Part shown: positions 35,698 through 48,262 of the stretch, piece after piece | Position numbering within the stretch: the first letter of the stretch is position 1 | Layout of the letters: each line of letters starts with the position of its first letter | Assembly (NCBI GenBank): GCA_016935555.1 | Contig: JAFGQR010000129.1 | Location: forward strand, 13,867 to 77,866 | DNA from: Verrucomicrobiota bacterium | GTDB lineage: Bacteria > Verrucomicrobiota > Verrucomicrobiia > Limisphaerales > JAFGQR01 | Direction of reading: 5' to 3' | Length of the DNA: 64,000 nucleotides | Program-made: the position numbers and the translations under genes | Notes under the pieces: generated by a model | Databases searched by the model: none | What the model was told of the DNA's origin: nothing | The model's input: the letters and a program-made list of their open reading frames with translations, nothing else

Positions 35698-36693
35698 ATG
35701 CGTTTGTTACCGATCATTTTATTGTTGCTGGGCTGGACCGCCGGCCCGGGCGCGATGTGCCGGGCGGCGCAGGCCGCCGCGGGGGCGGCGGTGCCGGCAC
35801 CGGACGCGGCTGCGGTGGGCCATGGGGTGGGCGATGGCGCGGGGGGCGGCGGCCACGGGGTGGAGCATCATGCGTTGCCGAACGACGCGCCGTTTTTGGG
35901 GCCGGGGGTGGAACGGGGCGGCAAATGGCGTGGGGCGTGGCCGGTGACGAACTCGATGATCATGACATGGGGGGTGGCGCTCTTATTGATCGTGTTTGCC
36001 CGCATCGCCACGCGCCGGATCCGGGACGTGCCGGCCGGGGCGCAGAATTTCTGGGAATGGCTGGTGGAGATGCTGTATGAATTCCTGGAGGGCATTGTCG
36101 GCAAGGATCTTGTGCGCAAGACCTTCTGGTTTTTCGCGACCATTTTCATCCTGATCCTGTTCCTGAACTGGGCGGGCCTCATCCCGGGCGTGGGGACGAT
36201 CGGATGGGGGGTGGCGACAGACCAGCGTTTTGTGGTGACGCGTCCGTTGCTGCGGGGCGCGGATGCGGACATGAACCTGACGTTTGCGATGGCGATGATT
36301 TTTTTTGCGTGCTGGCTGGTGTGGGCGCTTCAGGCCAACGGGGTGAAGGGGTTTATTCTGCATCTGTTTGGTCCGAAGGGGGACACGAGCGGGGTATTGA
36401 AAGTGGTCATGATTTTCGTGTTCATTCCGGTGGGATTGCTGGAGGTGGTGTCGATCCTGTTCCGCCCGGTGTCCCTGAGTTTCCGGTTGTATGGCAACAT
36501 CTTTGCCGGGGAAAACATGGTGGAGACCATGATCAACATGTCGCCCGTGCTGGCGTGCATCACGCCGATCCCGTTTTACCTGCTGGAGGTGTTGGTGGGC
36601 TTGGTGCAGGCGCTGGTGTTCATGTTGTTGACCGCCGTCTTTACCATGTTGATTTGCATGCACGATGAAGAAAGCGCCTCCGCCTCCCATTAG
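35698..36693 (+). CDS. atpB: F-type ATP synthase subunit a, with a roughly 100-aa N-terminal extension carrying a signal-like peptide
   Basis: LSFRLYGNIFAGENMV (essential Arg region), and LLEVLVGLVQALVFMLL. The N-terminus is MRLLPIILLLLGWTAGPGAMC followed by the Gly/His-rich GHGVGDGAGGGGHGVEHH. Confidence 0.9.
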   Translation: MRLLPIILLLLGWTAGPGAMCRAAQAAAGAAVPAPDAAAVGHGVGDGAGGGGHGVEHHALPNDAPFLGPGVERGGKWRGAWPVTNSMIMTWGVALLLIVFARIATRRIRDVPAGAQNFWEWLVEMLYEFLEGIVGKDLVRKTFWFFATIFILILFLNWAGLIPGVGTIGWGVATDQRFVVTRPLLRGADADMNLTFAMAMIFFACWLVWALQANGVKGFILHLFGPKGDTSGVLKVVMIFVFIPVGLLEVVSILFRPVSLSFRLYGNIFAGENMVETMINMSPVLACITPIPFYLLEVLVGLVQALVFMLLTAVFTMLICMHDEESASASH

Positions 36694-36880
36694 CATCGCT
36701 GCCCCATGACGCCCGTTGCTGCCAGACCAGAAAAGCGCGCCGGCAGGCGGCGAGGCGAGGCGTCCCGTCACCCGCGGCATGCCGCTGCGGGGCGGCGAAC
36801 CGGAGGCGTGTGCGACTTTCGGTGGTTGGACCCTGAGGCTTCGGGGGAGCCGCCGAGCAGGACCAAGAGAAAGGAAAACT

Positions 36881-37105
36881 ATGACCCCACTACTTGCTGA
36901 GATCAGCGGCAACCTTCACGTCGGCCTGGCCGCCTTTGCCGCGGCCCTCGGAGTGGCCTTCATTGGCGGCAAGGCTTCCGAGGCGGTCGGCCGCAATCCC
37001 GGCGCCGCGACGAAAATCCTTGTCCAATCGATCCTGGCCATCGCCTTCGCGGAAGGCATCGTGTTCTTCGCCATCTTTCTGGCGACGAAAGGCTGGCCCG
37101 GCTGA
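36881..37105 (+). CDS. atpE: F-type ATP synthase subunit c
   Basis: A 74-aa hairpin protein: GVAFIGGKASEAVGRNP loop, with the carboxylate in AIAFAEGIVFFAI. A good SD-like sequence (agagaaaggaaaact) lies upstream. Confidence 0.9.
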   Translation: MTPLLAEISGNLHVGLAAFAAALGVAFIGGKASEAVGRNPGAATKILVQSILAIAFAEGIVFFAIFLATKGWPG

Positions 37106-37129
37106 CCGGCTTGGGCGCCCAGCGCCCAT

Positions 37130-37163
37130 GCCCGCCGCGGGATTTTCGAATCCCGCGGCGGGC
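37130..37163 (+). promoter_or_regulatory. Intra-operon hairpin between atpE and atpF (perfect 15-bp stem, TTCG loop)
   Basis: GCCCGCCGCGGGATT-ttcg-AATCCCGCGGCGGGC, verified base by base. It lies 25 nt after the atpE stop and 16 nt before the atpF start, with no T-tract. Confidence 0.5.
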
Positions 37164-37179
37164 GAGGCCCGGATTGCTT

Positions 37180-37707
37180 ATGAGCCCGATTTTCTTTGCC
37201 GGCATTATCAGCGACACGGCCGAGGCCTTTGGCGTGGACTGGCCGCGTTTCATCGCCCAGTGCGTCAGTTTCGGTTTGGTGGCCCTCCTGCTTCACCAGT
37301 TCGCTTACAAGCCCATCCTTAAGGTGCTCGACGAACGCCGGCGCCGCATTGCCGAAGGCCTCGATAACGCGCAGAAAATCAAGGAGGAACTCGCCAGGAC
37401 CGAGGCGGCACGCCAGAAAGTCATGGAGGACGCCGCCACCCAGGCCAACACGCTCCTCGAGGAAGCCCGCGCCGCCGCCGCCCGGGTCGAGGAGCGCGAA
37501 ATCCGCAAAGCCGCCGACGAAGCGGAGCAAATCATCGCGCGCGCCCGCGAAGCGGCGGTCCAGGACCACGACCGCATGCTGGCGGAACTCAAGCGTGAAG
37601 TCGGCAGGCTGGTGGTGGCGACGACCGCGAAGGTTGCGGGCAAGGTGCTCACGCCGCAGGACCAGGAGCGATTGATCCAGGAGACCACCCGGGGGCTGGC
37701 GGTATGA
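37180..37707 (+). CDS. atpF: F-type ATP synthase subunit b
   Basis: A single N-terminal TM (FIAQCVSFGLVALLLHQF) followed by a long charged coiled coil (ILKVLDERRRRIAEGL...). Confidence 0.85.
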   Translation: MSPIFFAGIISDTAEAFGVDWPRFIAQCVSFGLVALLLHQFAYKPILKVLDERRRRIAEGLDNAQKIKEELARTEAARQKVMEDAATQANTLLEEARAAAARVEEREIRKAADEAEQIIARAREAAVQDHDRMLAELKREVGRLVVATTAKVAGKVLTPQDQERLIQETTRGLAV

Positions 37708-37735
37708 AGCGCCGCGGGCGGGGGCTGTCGCAGGC

Positions 37736-38128
37736 ATGAAGATCACCAAACAAGTCCGCCGCGAAGCCAAGGCGCTCTTCCGGGCCTGCCTTGCCGACGG
37801 GTTGCTGGACGAGAACCGCGTGCGCCGGGCGGTGCAGGAAACCCTCGACGCCGGACCGCGCGGCTATGTGGCGATTCTCACCCACTTCCAGCGCCTGGTG
37901 AAGCTCGACTTGGACCGGCGCTCGGTCCGCGTCGAAACCGCGGTTCCGCTTGCCCCCTCCCAGCAGGCCGGCGTGCGGGAGCAGCTCGCCCGCCGCCACG
38001 GGCCCGGCCTGGCGTTTGCGTTTGTGGTGAATCCCGACCTCATCGGCGGGATGCGGGTCCGGGTGGGCAGCGATGTGTATGACGGCACAATCCGGGGCCG
38101 GCTGGCGGCGCTGGACGAAACCCTTTAG
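37736..38128 (+). CDS. atpH: F-type ATP synthase subunit delta (short, 130 aa)
   Basis: C-terminal OSCP/delta block VNPDLIGGMRVRVGSDVYDGTIRGRLAAL. The operon position fits. Confidence 0.8.
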   Translation: MKITKQVRREAKALFRACLADGLLDENRVRRAVQETLDAGPRGYVAILTHFQRLVKLDLDRRSVRVETAVPLAPSQQAGVREQLARRHGPGLAFAFVVNPDLIGGMRVRVGSDVYDGTIRGRLAALDETL

Positions 38129-38182
38129 CGCCATGACTGATCGAGGCTCCCCATCCTTGCTGCGCATCCGCTTCCTCCTTTT

Positions 38183-39718
<1,536 letters not shown>

Positions 39719-39721
39719 TCC

Positions 39722-42015
<2,294 letters not shown>

Positions 42016-42017
42016 CC

Positions 42018-42425
42018 ATGGCCGGCACGCTAAAGCTCGAAATCGTCACCCCGGAGGCGGTGACCTTTTCCGACGACGTCGAAATGGTGACGCTTCCCGG
42101 CAGCGAGGGTGAAATGGGCATCTACCCCATGCACGTCCCCCTCATGACCCAGGTCGTCGCCGGCGAACTCATCGTCCGCCAGCACGGCAGGGAATTCATG
42201 CTCGCCATCGGCGACGGCTTCGTCCAAATCACCGGCAACCACGTCGCCGTCCTCACCGACATGGCCATCCGCGCCGAAAACATCGACGCCGCCAAAGCCG
42301 AGGAAGCCCGCCGCCGCGCCGAAGCCCGCCTCCAGGAAAAGCTCTCCGGCGAGGAGCTTGCCGCCGTCAACGCCGCCCTCGCCAACTCGCTCGCCCAGCT
42401 CAAAGTCACCCGCCGGCGGCGCTGA
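42018..42425 (+). CDS. atpC: F-type ATP synthase subunit epsilon
   Basis: LKLEIVTPEAVTFSDDVEMVTLPGSEGEMGIYPMHVPLMT. The operon position fits. Confidence 0.9.
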   Translation: MAGTLKLEIVTPEAVTFSDDVEMVTLPGSEGEMGIYPMHVPLMTQVVAGELIVRQHGREFMLAIGDGFVQITGNHVAVLTDMAIRAENIDAAKAEEARRRAEARLQEKLSGEELAAVNAALANSLAQLKVTRRRR

Positions 42426-42625
42426 GCCGCGCGCCCCGCGCGCCGCGCAAGGGGGCGTTGGGCGCTGGGCGCGGCGTTCCCGGCCCCGAAGGAGGCCGGG
42501 GTCGGCCTGGGAAATGCCCGGGAAGCGCCGGGGCCAACGCGGGCAGCCTGTGGGGACGGGAGTCTGCGGGGCGGCCTTCGGAGAAAGATTGTCGGGGGCC
42601 GGGCGGTGGTTTAAGGTGGGGGCCG

Positions 42626-43819
42626 ATGCATGGGACTGACGATCCATTCATGGTGAGGGGAGGCGGCGGGGAGCGTGTGGCCGAGGCGGCGGGGGCGACG
42701 GGTGAGGCGTTGGAGGGGTTGCGGCGGCAGATCGACGAGATCGACGAGCGGATTGTGGAGCTGCTGGCGCGGCGGCACGGGGTGATTCAGCGCGTCGTCG
42801 CCCTGAAGAAAAGCGCCCATCTGCCGATCTACCATCCGGCCCGGGAGGAGTACCTGATTTCGCAGAGGCGCCATCAGGCCCGCCAGGCCGGGCTGGACCC
42901 GGATCACATCGAGGAACTCTACCGTTCGATCATGCGCCAGTCGCGCGTGCGCCAGACAGTGCATGCGGCCACGACGGCGGTGAGGCCTGGGGCGCGGGTG
43001 CTGGTGGTGGGTGGGGGCGGGCAGATGGGGTCGTATTTGGCGCGTTGGTTTCGCGGGGCCGGCTACGTGGTGGGGATTCTGGAGGTGAACGACTGGGGGC
43101 GGGTGAAGACGCTTTGCGAGGGGGTGGATCTGGCGGTGGTGAGTGTGCCGATTCACGCGACGGTGGGGGTGATCCGGCAACTGGCGCCGCATTTGCCGGG
43201 GGGCTGCGTGCTGGCGGACGTGACCAGCATCAAGAAGACGCCCGTGGACGCCATGCTGGCGGCGCACCGGGGGCCCGTGGTGGGGTTGCACCCGCTGTTT
43301 GGGCCTTCGACATCGAGCATGGACAAGCAGATTGTGGTGGCGAGCCCGGGGCGAGACGACGAGGCGTGCCAGTGGGTGTTGGACCAGCTGAGTGCCTGGG
43401 GCAACATTGTGATGACGGTGAACGCGGTGGAGCACGATCAGGCGATGGACCTGGTGCAGGCCATCCGCCACTTTGCCACGTTCGCCTTCGGCCGGTTTCT
43501 GGCGCAGCGCCACATCAATCTCCTTCGGACGCTGGAGTTCTCGAGCCCGATTTACCGGCTGGAGTTGGGGATGGTGGGGCGGTTGTTTGCGCAGGACCCG
43601 GCCCTGTATGCGGACATCATCTTTGCCTCGGCGGAGCGCCGGGCGCTGTTGAAGGACTACGTCGAGTCCCTGGCGGACACCCAGGCGCTGATGGCCACCG
43701 GCGATCGCGCCAAATTCAGCGACGAATTTCATCGCATCGCGGAATGGTTCGGGCCGTTTTGCGAACAGGCGATGCGCGAGAGCTCGTTTCTCATCGAAAA
43801 ACTGGTCGAACGATTCTAA
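42626..43819 (+). CDS. tyrA: Bifunctional chorismate mutase / prephenate dehydrogenase (T-protein type)
   Basis: The chorismate mutase helix-bundle (LRRQIDEIDERIVELLARRHGVIQRVVALK...IYHPAREE) is followed by VLVVGGGGQMGSYLARWF and a prephenate dehydrogenase core. The start is uncertain: 42626 or 42650. Confidence 0.85.
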   Translation: MHGTDDPFMVRGGGGERVAEAAGATGEALEGLRRQIDEIDERIVELLARRHGVIQRVVALKKSAHLPIYHPAREEYLISQRRHQARQAGLDPDHIEELYRSIMRQSRVRQTVHAATTAVRPGARVLVVGGGGQMGSYLARWFRGAGYVVGILEVNDWGRVKTLCEGVDLAVVSVPIHATVGVIRQLAPHLPGGCVLADVTSIKKTPVDAMLAAHRGPVVGLHPLFGPSTSSMDKQIVVASPGRDDEACQWVLDQLSAWGNIVMTVNAVEHDQAMDLVQAIRHFATFAFGRFLAQRHINLLRTLEFSSPIYRLELGMVGRLFAQDPALYADIIFASAERRALLKDYVESLADTQALMATGDRAKFSDEFHRIAEWFGPFCEQAMRESSFLIEKLVERF

Positions 43820-43826
43820 CCCCCCA

Positions 43827-44714
43827 TTGGCCATGATCCGTGTCTCACGATTCCTGGCGGCCGCGCTGTGGCTGGCGGCGGCCCAGGCGCACGGCGCCGA
43901 ACCGGTCCTGCTCTGGCCCGACGGCGCCCCGGGCGCGCTGGGCGCCGAGGACAAGGACCGCCCGACGCTGACGCCGTTCGCGCCGGAGCCGATGCCTGCG
44001 CGGTGCGCGGCGATGGTGGTGTGTCCCGGGGGCGGGTACCTGGGGTTGGCCGGGTATGAGGGCAAGGACTACGCGCTTTATTTGAACCAGGCCGGGGTGA
44101 CGGCGTTCGTCCTCCAGTACCGCCTGGGCAGCCATGGCTACCGGCATCCGCGGATGCTGGAAGACGCGGCGCGCGCGGTGCGGTGGGTGCGGGCGCACGC
44201 AGCCGAGTGGCACGTGGATCCGCAGCGGGTCGGGATCATGGGGTCGTCCGCCGGCGGGCACCTGGCGTCGACGCTGCTGACGCGCCACGACGCGGGCAAG
44301 CCGGAGGCGGCCGACCCGGTGGAGCGCGAGAGCAGCCGGCCGGACCTTGGGATTTTGTGTTACGCGGTGATCAGCATGCGGACGGAGCTGACGCACGAGG
44401 GCTCGCGGCGGGCGCTGCTGGGGCCGGCGCCGGGCGCGGACCTGCTGTGGGCGCTCTCGAACGAGCTCCAGGTGACTCCGGACACACCCCCGTGTTTCCT
44501 TTGGCACACCTGGGAGGACCGCACGGTCAAGGTCGAGAACGCGCTGGAGTTCGCGGCGGCGCTGCGGCGTGCCGGAGTGCCGTTCGAGTTGCACATCTAC
44601 CAGAAGGGCGCGCATGGGGTGGCCCTGGGCGACGCGGCGCCCTTCCGCAACCCGCATCCGTGGACGCGCGATTTGGCGCATTGGCTGCGGGCGCAGCGAT
44701 TCATCGATCCATGA
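43827..44714 (+). CDS. Secreted alpha/beta-hydrolase (esterase/lipase-like)
   Basis: Signal peptide MAMIRVSRFLAAALWLAAAQAHG, oxyanion CPGGGY and the nucleophile elbow GSSAGGH. Confidence 0.75.
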   Translation: MAMIRVSRFLAAALWLAAAQAHGAEPVLLWPDGAPGALGAEDKDRPTLTPFAPEPMPARCAAMVVCPGGGYLGLAGYEGKDYALYLNQAGVTAFVLQYRLGSHGYRHPRMLEDAARAVRWVRAHAAEWHVDPQRVGIMGSSAGGHLASTLLTRHDAGKPEAADPVERESSRPDLGILCYAVISMRTELTHEGSRRALLGPAPGADLLWALSNELQVTPDTPPCFLWHTWEDRTVKVENALEFAAALRRAGVPFELHIYQKGAHGVALGDAAPFRNPHPWTRDLAHWLRAQRFIDP

Positions 44715-45490
44715 ACACGGCATCTCCGAGCAGAACGTTCCACGCGGGGGCGCTGGAGGTCCGCATCTACACGCACACCGCCGACATGGCGCGCGCGGCG
44801 GCGGCGGCGGCGGCGGCGCATCTGCGCGAGTGCCTGTCGCGGCAGGGCGGGGCGGCGGTGGTGTTCGCCGCGGCGAACTCGCAGGTGGCGTTTTTGGAGG
44901 CGCTGGGGGGGGAGGCGGGGGTGGACTGGTCGCGGGTGACGTGTTTTCACATGGACGAGTACCTGGGGATTGCGGCGGACCACCCCGCGAGTTTCCGGCG
45001 GTTCTTGCGCGAGCGCGTCGAGAAACGCGTCCGGCCGGCGGCGTTCCACTACATCGCCGGGGATTGTCTGGAGCCGCTGGCGGAGTGTGCGCGGTATGGG
45101 GCGCTGTTGGGGGCGCAGCCGGTGGATCTGTGCTGCCTGGGCATTGGGGAGAACGGGCACATCGCCTTCAACGACCCGCCGGTGGCGGATTTTGCGGATG
45201 GGCGCGTGATCAAGCTGGTGAAGCTGGAGCGCGAGTGCCGCCAGCAGCAGGTGGGGGAGGGCCATTTCCCGAGTCTGGAGGCCGTGCCGGCGTATGCGTT
45301 CACGCTGACGGTGCCTGCGTTGTGCGCGGCGCGGCGGATGGTGTGTGTGGTGCCGGACGAGCGCAAGGCGCGGGCGGTTCGGGCCGCGTTGTTGGAGCCG
45401 ATCAGCCCGGAGTGCCCGGCGAGCCACCTGCGCACGCAGGGCCAGTGCACGCTCTTCCTGGACGGGGCGTCGGCAAGCTTGCTGGCCTGA
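44711..45490 (+). CDS. Glucosamine-6-phosphate deaminase / 6-phosphogluconolactonase family protein
   Basis: Internal ATG of ORF 44183..45490, forming an ATGA overlap with the hydrolase stop. Contains FHMDEYLGI and GIGENGHIAFNDPP. Confidence 0.7.
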   Translation: MNTASPSRTFHAGALEVRIYTHTADMARAAAAAAAAHLRECLSRQGGAAVVFAAANSQVAFLEALGGEAGVDWSRVTCFHMDEYLGIAADHPASFRRFLRERVEKRVRPAAFHYIAGDCLEPLAECARYGALLGAQPVDLCCLGIGENGHIAFNDPPVADFADGRVIKLVKLERECRQQQVGEGHFPSLEAVPAYAFTLTVPALCAARRMVCVVPDERKARAVRAALLEPISPECPASHLRTQGQCTLFLDGASASLLA

Positions 45491-45556
45491 CGTTCGTTCC
45501 GCGGCTGCCGCGGTTCAGGTGGCGCGCGCGCGCAGGCGCGGGATCACAATCCAGGG

Positions 45557-47644
45557 TTACTGTTTTTCCTCGTCGGCGGCCTTTTTGGTCTCGGCGATGA
45601 CCTTGGATTCGAGGTCGCGGGGCATTTCCTCGTAATGGTCGAAGTCCTCGGTATGGATGCCGCGCCCGGCAGTGAGGGAGCGGAGGACGGTGGCGTATTG
45701 GTAGAGTTCCTTTTGGGGGACGGTGGCCTTGACGATCTGGTAGCCGTCGGCGCTGTCCATGCCGGCGATCTTGCCGCGGCGGCTCGACAGGTCGCCAATG
45801 ACATTGCCCATGAACTCGTCCGGGATGCGGATTTCGACGGTGTAGATGGGTTCGAGGAGGCAGGGTTTGGCGGCGCGGAAGGCCTCCTTGAACCCCTCTT
45901 TGCCGGCGATTTGGAAGGCGATGTCCTTGGAGTCCACGGGGTGCATTTTGCCGTCGTAGAAATCAATCTTCACATCCACAACGCGATAGCCCGCGATGAT
46001 GCCTTCCTTGCAGGCCGCCATGACGCCCTTCTCGACCGAGGGGACAAAGACGCGGTCGACGTTCTGGCCGACGAGGGATTCGGTGAATTCGACGCCGGTA
46101 TCGCGGGCGGTGGGCTCGATGCGCATCCAGACTTCGGCGAACTGGCCGGCGCCGCCGGTTTGTTTCTTATGGCGGTATTTGGATTCGCCGCGGCCCTTGA
46201 TGGTTTCGCGGTAGGGGACTTTGGGTTCGACAAGGTCGAAGTCGACCTTGTGGCGGCGCCGGAGTTTTTCCGCGACGACCTGCAGGTGAAGGTCGCCCTG
46301 GCCGGAGATGACGGTTTGGTGCAGTTCGGGGTCGGAGTGGTAGAGAAAGGTGGGGTCTTCGCCGTGCAGGGCGGCCAGGCCGGAGGCGATTTTGTCCTCC
46401 TCGCCCTTGCTCTTGAGTCGCAGGGCCTGGTGGATGTTGGGGCGGGGGTAGGTGACCTTGGGGAGGGTGACGTGCCGTTTGGAATCGGAGAGGGTATTGT
46501 CGGTGTGGGTGGCCTTCAGTTTGACGAGCGCGCCCATGTCGCCGGCGTGCATGAGGTTCACCGGCTCGCGGTTCTTGCCGTTGAGGATGAAGATCTGGCC
46601 GATGCGTTCGCTGGCTTTGGTGTCGGCGTTGTAGAGGTCGGTGCCGGCCTCGAGCTTGCCGGCGAAAAGCCGGAAGAAGGAGAGATCGCCGGCCTGGCCC
46701 TCGCTGCTGGTCTTGAACACATAGAGCACCGGCGACGCGTCGGCCGGCCCAACCTCCACATCCGCCCCGTCGGCGTCCAGTGCCTTAGTCCTGGGCCGGT
46801 CCAGCGGCGAGGAGGCGTCGCGGGCGATGAAATCCATCAGGGGGGTGACGCCGACGTTGGTTTCGGCGGAGGTGCAGAACAAGGGGATGAAAGACTGTTT
46901 TTCGAAGGCCTTGTGCACGCCGGCGCGCAGCTCGTCCTCGGAGAGCCCGCCCTCGTCGAAGAACCTCTCGAGCAGTTGGTCGTCGGACTCGGCGGTGGAT
47001 TCGACGAGTTGCTGGTGCAGGGTGTCGGCCTGGTTCTTGAGGGGACCGTCGGCGGAGCTTTCGTCGTGTTTGCCCGAGCCATCGGTCCGGTAGGTGAGGA
47101 CGGTGTTGCGGAAGACGTCGAGGATGCGACTGAAGCCGGGACCGGGGTTGACGGGGAACGAGAGGGGCAGAACCCGGTCGCCGAACCGGGCCCGGATTTT
47201 GGCGAGGGCCTCTTCGTAGCTGACGTGCTCCTTGTCGAGGCCGTTGAGGACGATGATTTTGGGGAGGTTGTAGGCGGTGGCGTGTTTCCAGACCTGTTCG
47301 GTGCCGACGCCGAGGCCGTGGGCGGCGTTGACGACGACGACGGCGAAGTCGCTGACGCGGAGGGCGCCGAGGCTTTCGCTGATGAAATCGAGGTAGCCCG
47401 GGGTGTCGACGAAGTTGAATTTCCTGTCGAGCCATTCGACATGGAGGAGGGCGGCGCTGATGGAGATCTGGCGTTCCTTTTCGGTGACGGTGAAGTCGGA
47501 CTGGGTGGTTCCATTGGCCACGCTGCCGAGGCGGTTGATCACGCCGCCACAGGCCAGCATGCACTCGCCTAACATCGTCTTGCCCGCCGAGGCGTGGCCT
47601 ACCAGGGCAAAGTTACGAATCTCCGCTGCTTGATGGTTTTTCAT
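45557..47644 (-). CDS. Elongation factor G paralog of the EF-G II type
   Basis: G1 VGHASAGKT and NGLDK (G4), with a five-domain EF-G length. Switch II reads DTPGYLDF (Tyr, codon 47393-47395) instead of the canonical DTPGHVDF. From memory, this is the pattern of Thermus EF-G-2. Confidence 0.9.
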   Translation of the reverse strand: MKNHQAAEIRNFALVGHASAGKTMLGECMLACGGVINRLGSVANGTTQSDFTVTEKERQISISAALLHVEWLDRKFNFVDTPGYLDFISESLGALRVSDFAVVVVNAAHGLGVGTEQVWKHATAYNLPKIIVLNGLDKEHVSYEEALAKIRARFGDRVLPLSFPVNPGPGFSRILDVFRNTVLTYRTDGSGKHDESSADGPLKNQADTLHQQLVESTAESDDQLLERFFDEGGLSEDELRAGVHKAFEKQSFIPLFCTSAETNVGVTPLMDFIARDASSPLDRPRTKALDADGADVEVGPADASPVLYVFKTSSEGQAGDLSFFRLFAGKLEAGTDLYNADTKASERIGQIFILNGKNREPVNLMHAGDMGALVKLKATHTDNTLSDSKRHVTLPKVTYPRPNIHQALRLKSKGEEDKIASGLAALHGEDPTFLYHSDPELHQTVISGQGDLHLQVVAEKLRRRHKVDFDLVEPKVPYRETIKGRGESKYRHKKQTGGAGQFAEVWMRIEPTARDTGVEFTESLVGQNVDRVFVPSVEKGVMAACKEGIIAGYRVVDVKIDFYDGKMHPVDSKDIAFQIAGKEGFKEAFRAAKPCLLEPIYTVEIRIPDEFMGNVIGDLSSRRGKIAGMDSADGYQIVKATVPQKELYQYATVLRSLTAGRGIHTEDFDHYEEMPRDLESKVIAETKKAADEEKQ

Positions 47645-47787
47645 ATGTGCGTTCTGCGATCGTTGCCCCCCGGGAACCCGTCCGGCGGCGGCCTGAAACT
47701 TTTAACTGGCTAACCCGTGTTACGTAAATCAAAATGGGGCCGATGGCTATGACAAAATACGAATGCGCCGAACCGTGCTGACGGACG

Positions 47788-48240
47788 ATGCGCGCTGTCA
47801 TCCAACGGGTTTCCGAAGCGTCGGTGTCCATCGACGGCCGCGTCAGGGGCGCCATCCGCACCGGGTTGCTCGTGCTCGCGGCGTTCGAAGAGAACGACTC
47901 CCACGAAGACCTCGAATGGCTCAGCGGCAAGATCGTCCGGCTGCGGATTTTCAGCGACGTCCAGGGACTCATGAACTGCTCAATCCAGGAAGTCCGGGGC
48001 GACATCCTGGTCGTCAGCCAGTTCACCCTCTATGCCAGCACCCGCAAGGGCAACCGCCCTGCCTTCACCCGGGCGGCAGCGCCCGAGACGGCCATTCCGC
48101 TCTATCATCATTTCATCAACAGGCTGACCGACGACCTGGGCAAGCCGGTCCAGAGCGGCGAGTTTGGGGCGGACATGCGGGTCACCCTGGTCAATGACGG
48201 TCCGGTGACGATCCTGATGGACACCAAGGAACGGGAGTGA
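47788..48240 (+). CDS. dtd: D-aminoacyl-tRNA deacylase
   Basis: MRAVIQRVSEASVSIDG..., ILVVSQFTLYA, and VNDGPVTI. Confidence 0.9.
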   Translation: MRAVIQRVSEASVSIDGRVRGAIRTGLLVLAAFEENDSHEDLEWLSGKIVRLRIFSDVQGLMNCSIQEVRGDILVVSQFTLYASTRKGNRPAFTRAAAPETAIPLYHHFINRLTDDLGKPVQSGEFGADMRVTLVNDGPVTILMDTKERE

Positions 48241-48262
48241 CGGCCACGCCTCCACCGCCGGC

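Noticed and set aside
36694-36880. The long 187-nt atpB-atpE spacer, examined for a small ORF or structured RNA.
   Set aside because: It contains only imperfect short palindromes (for example around GGCATGCC), and the single ORF there (36716..) is Arg/Gly junk running into atpE. I could support nothing beyond the SD-like sequence before atpE.
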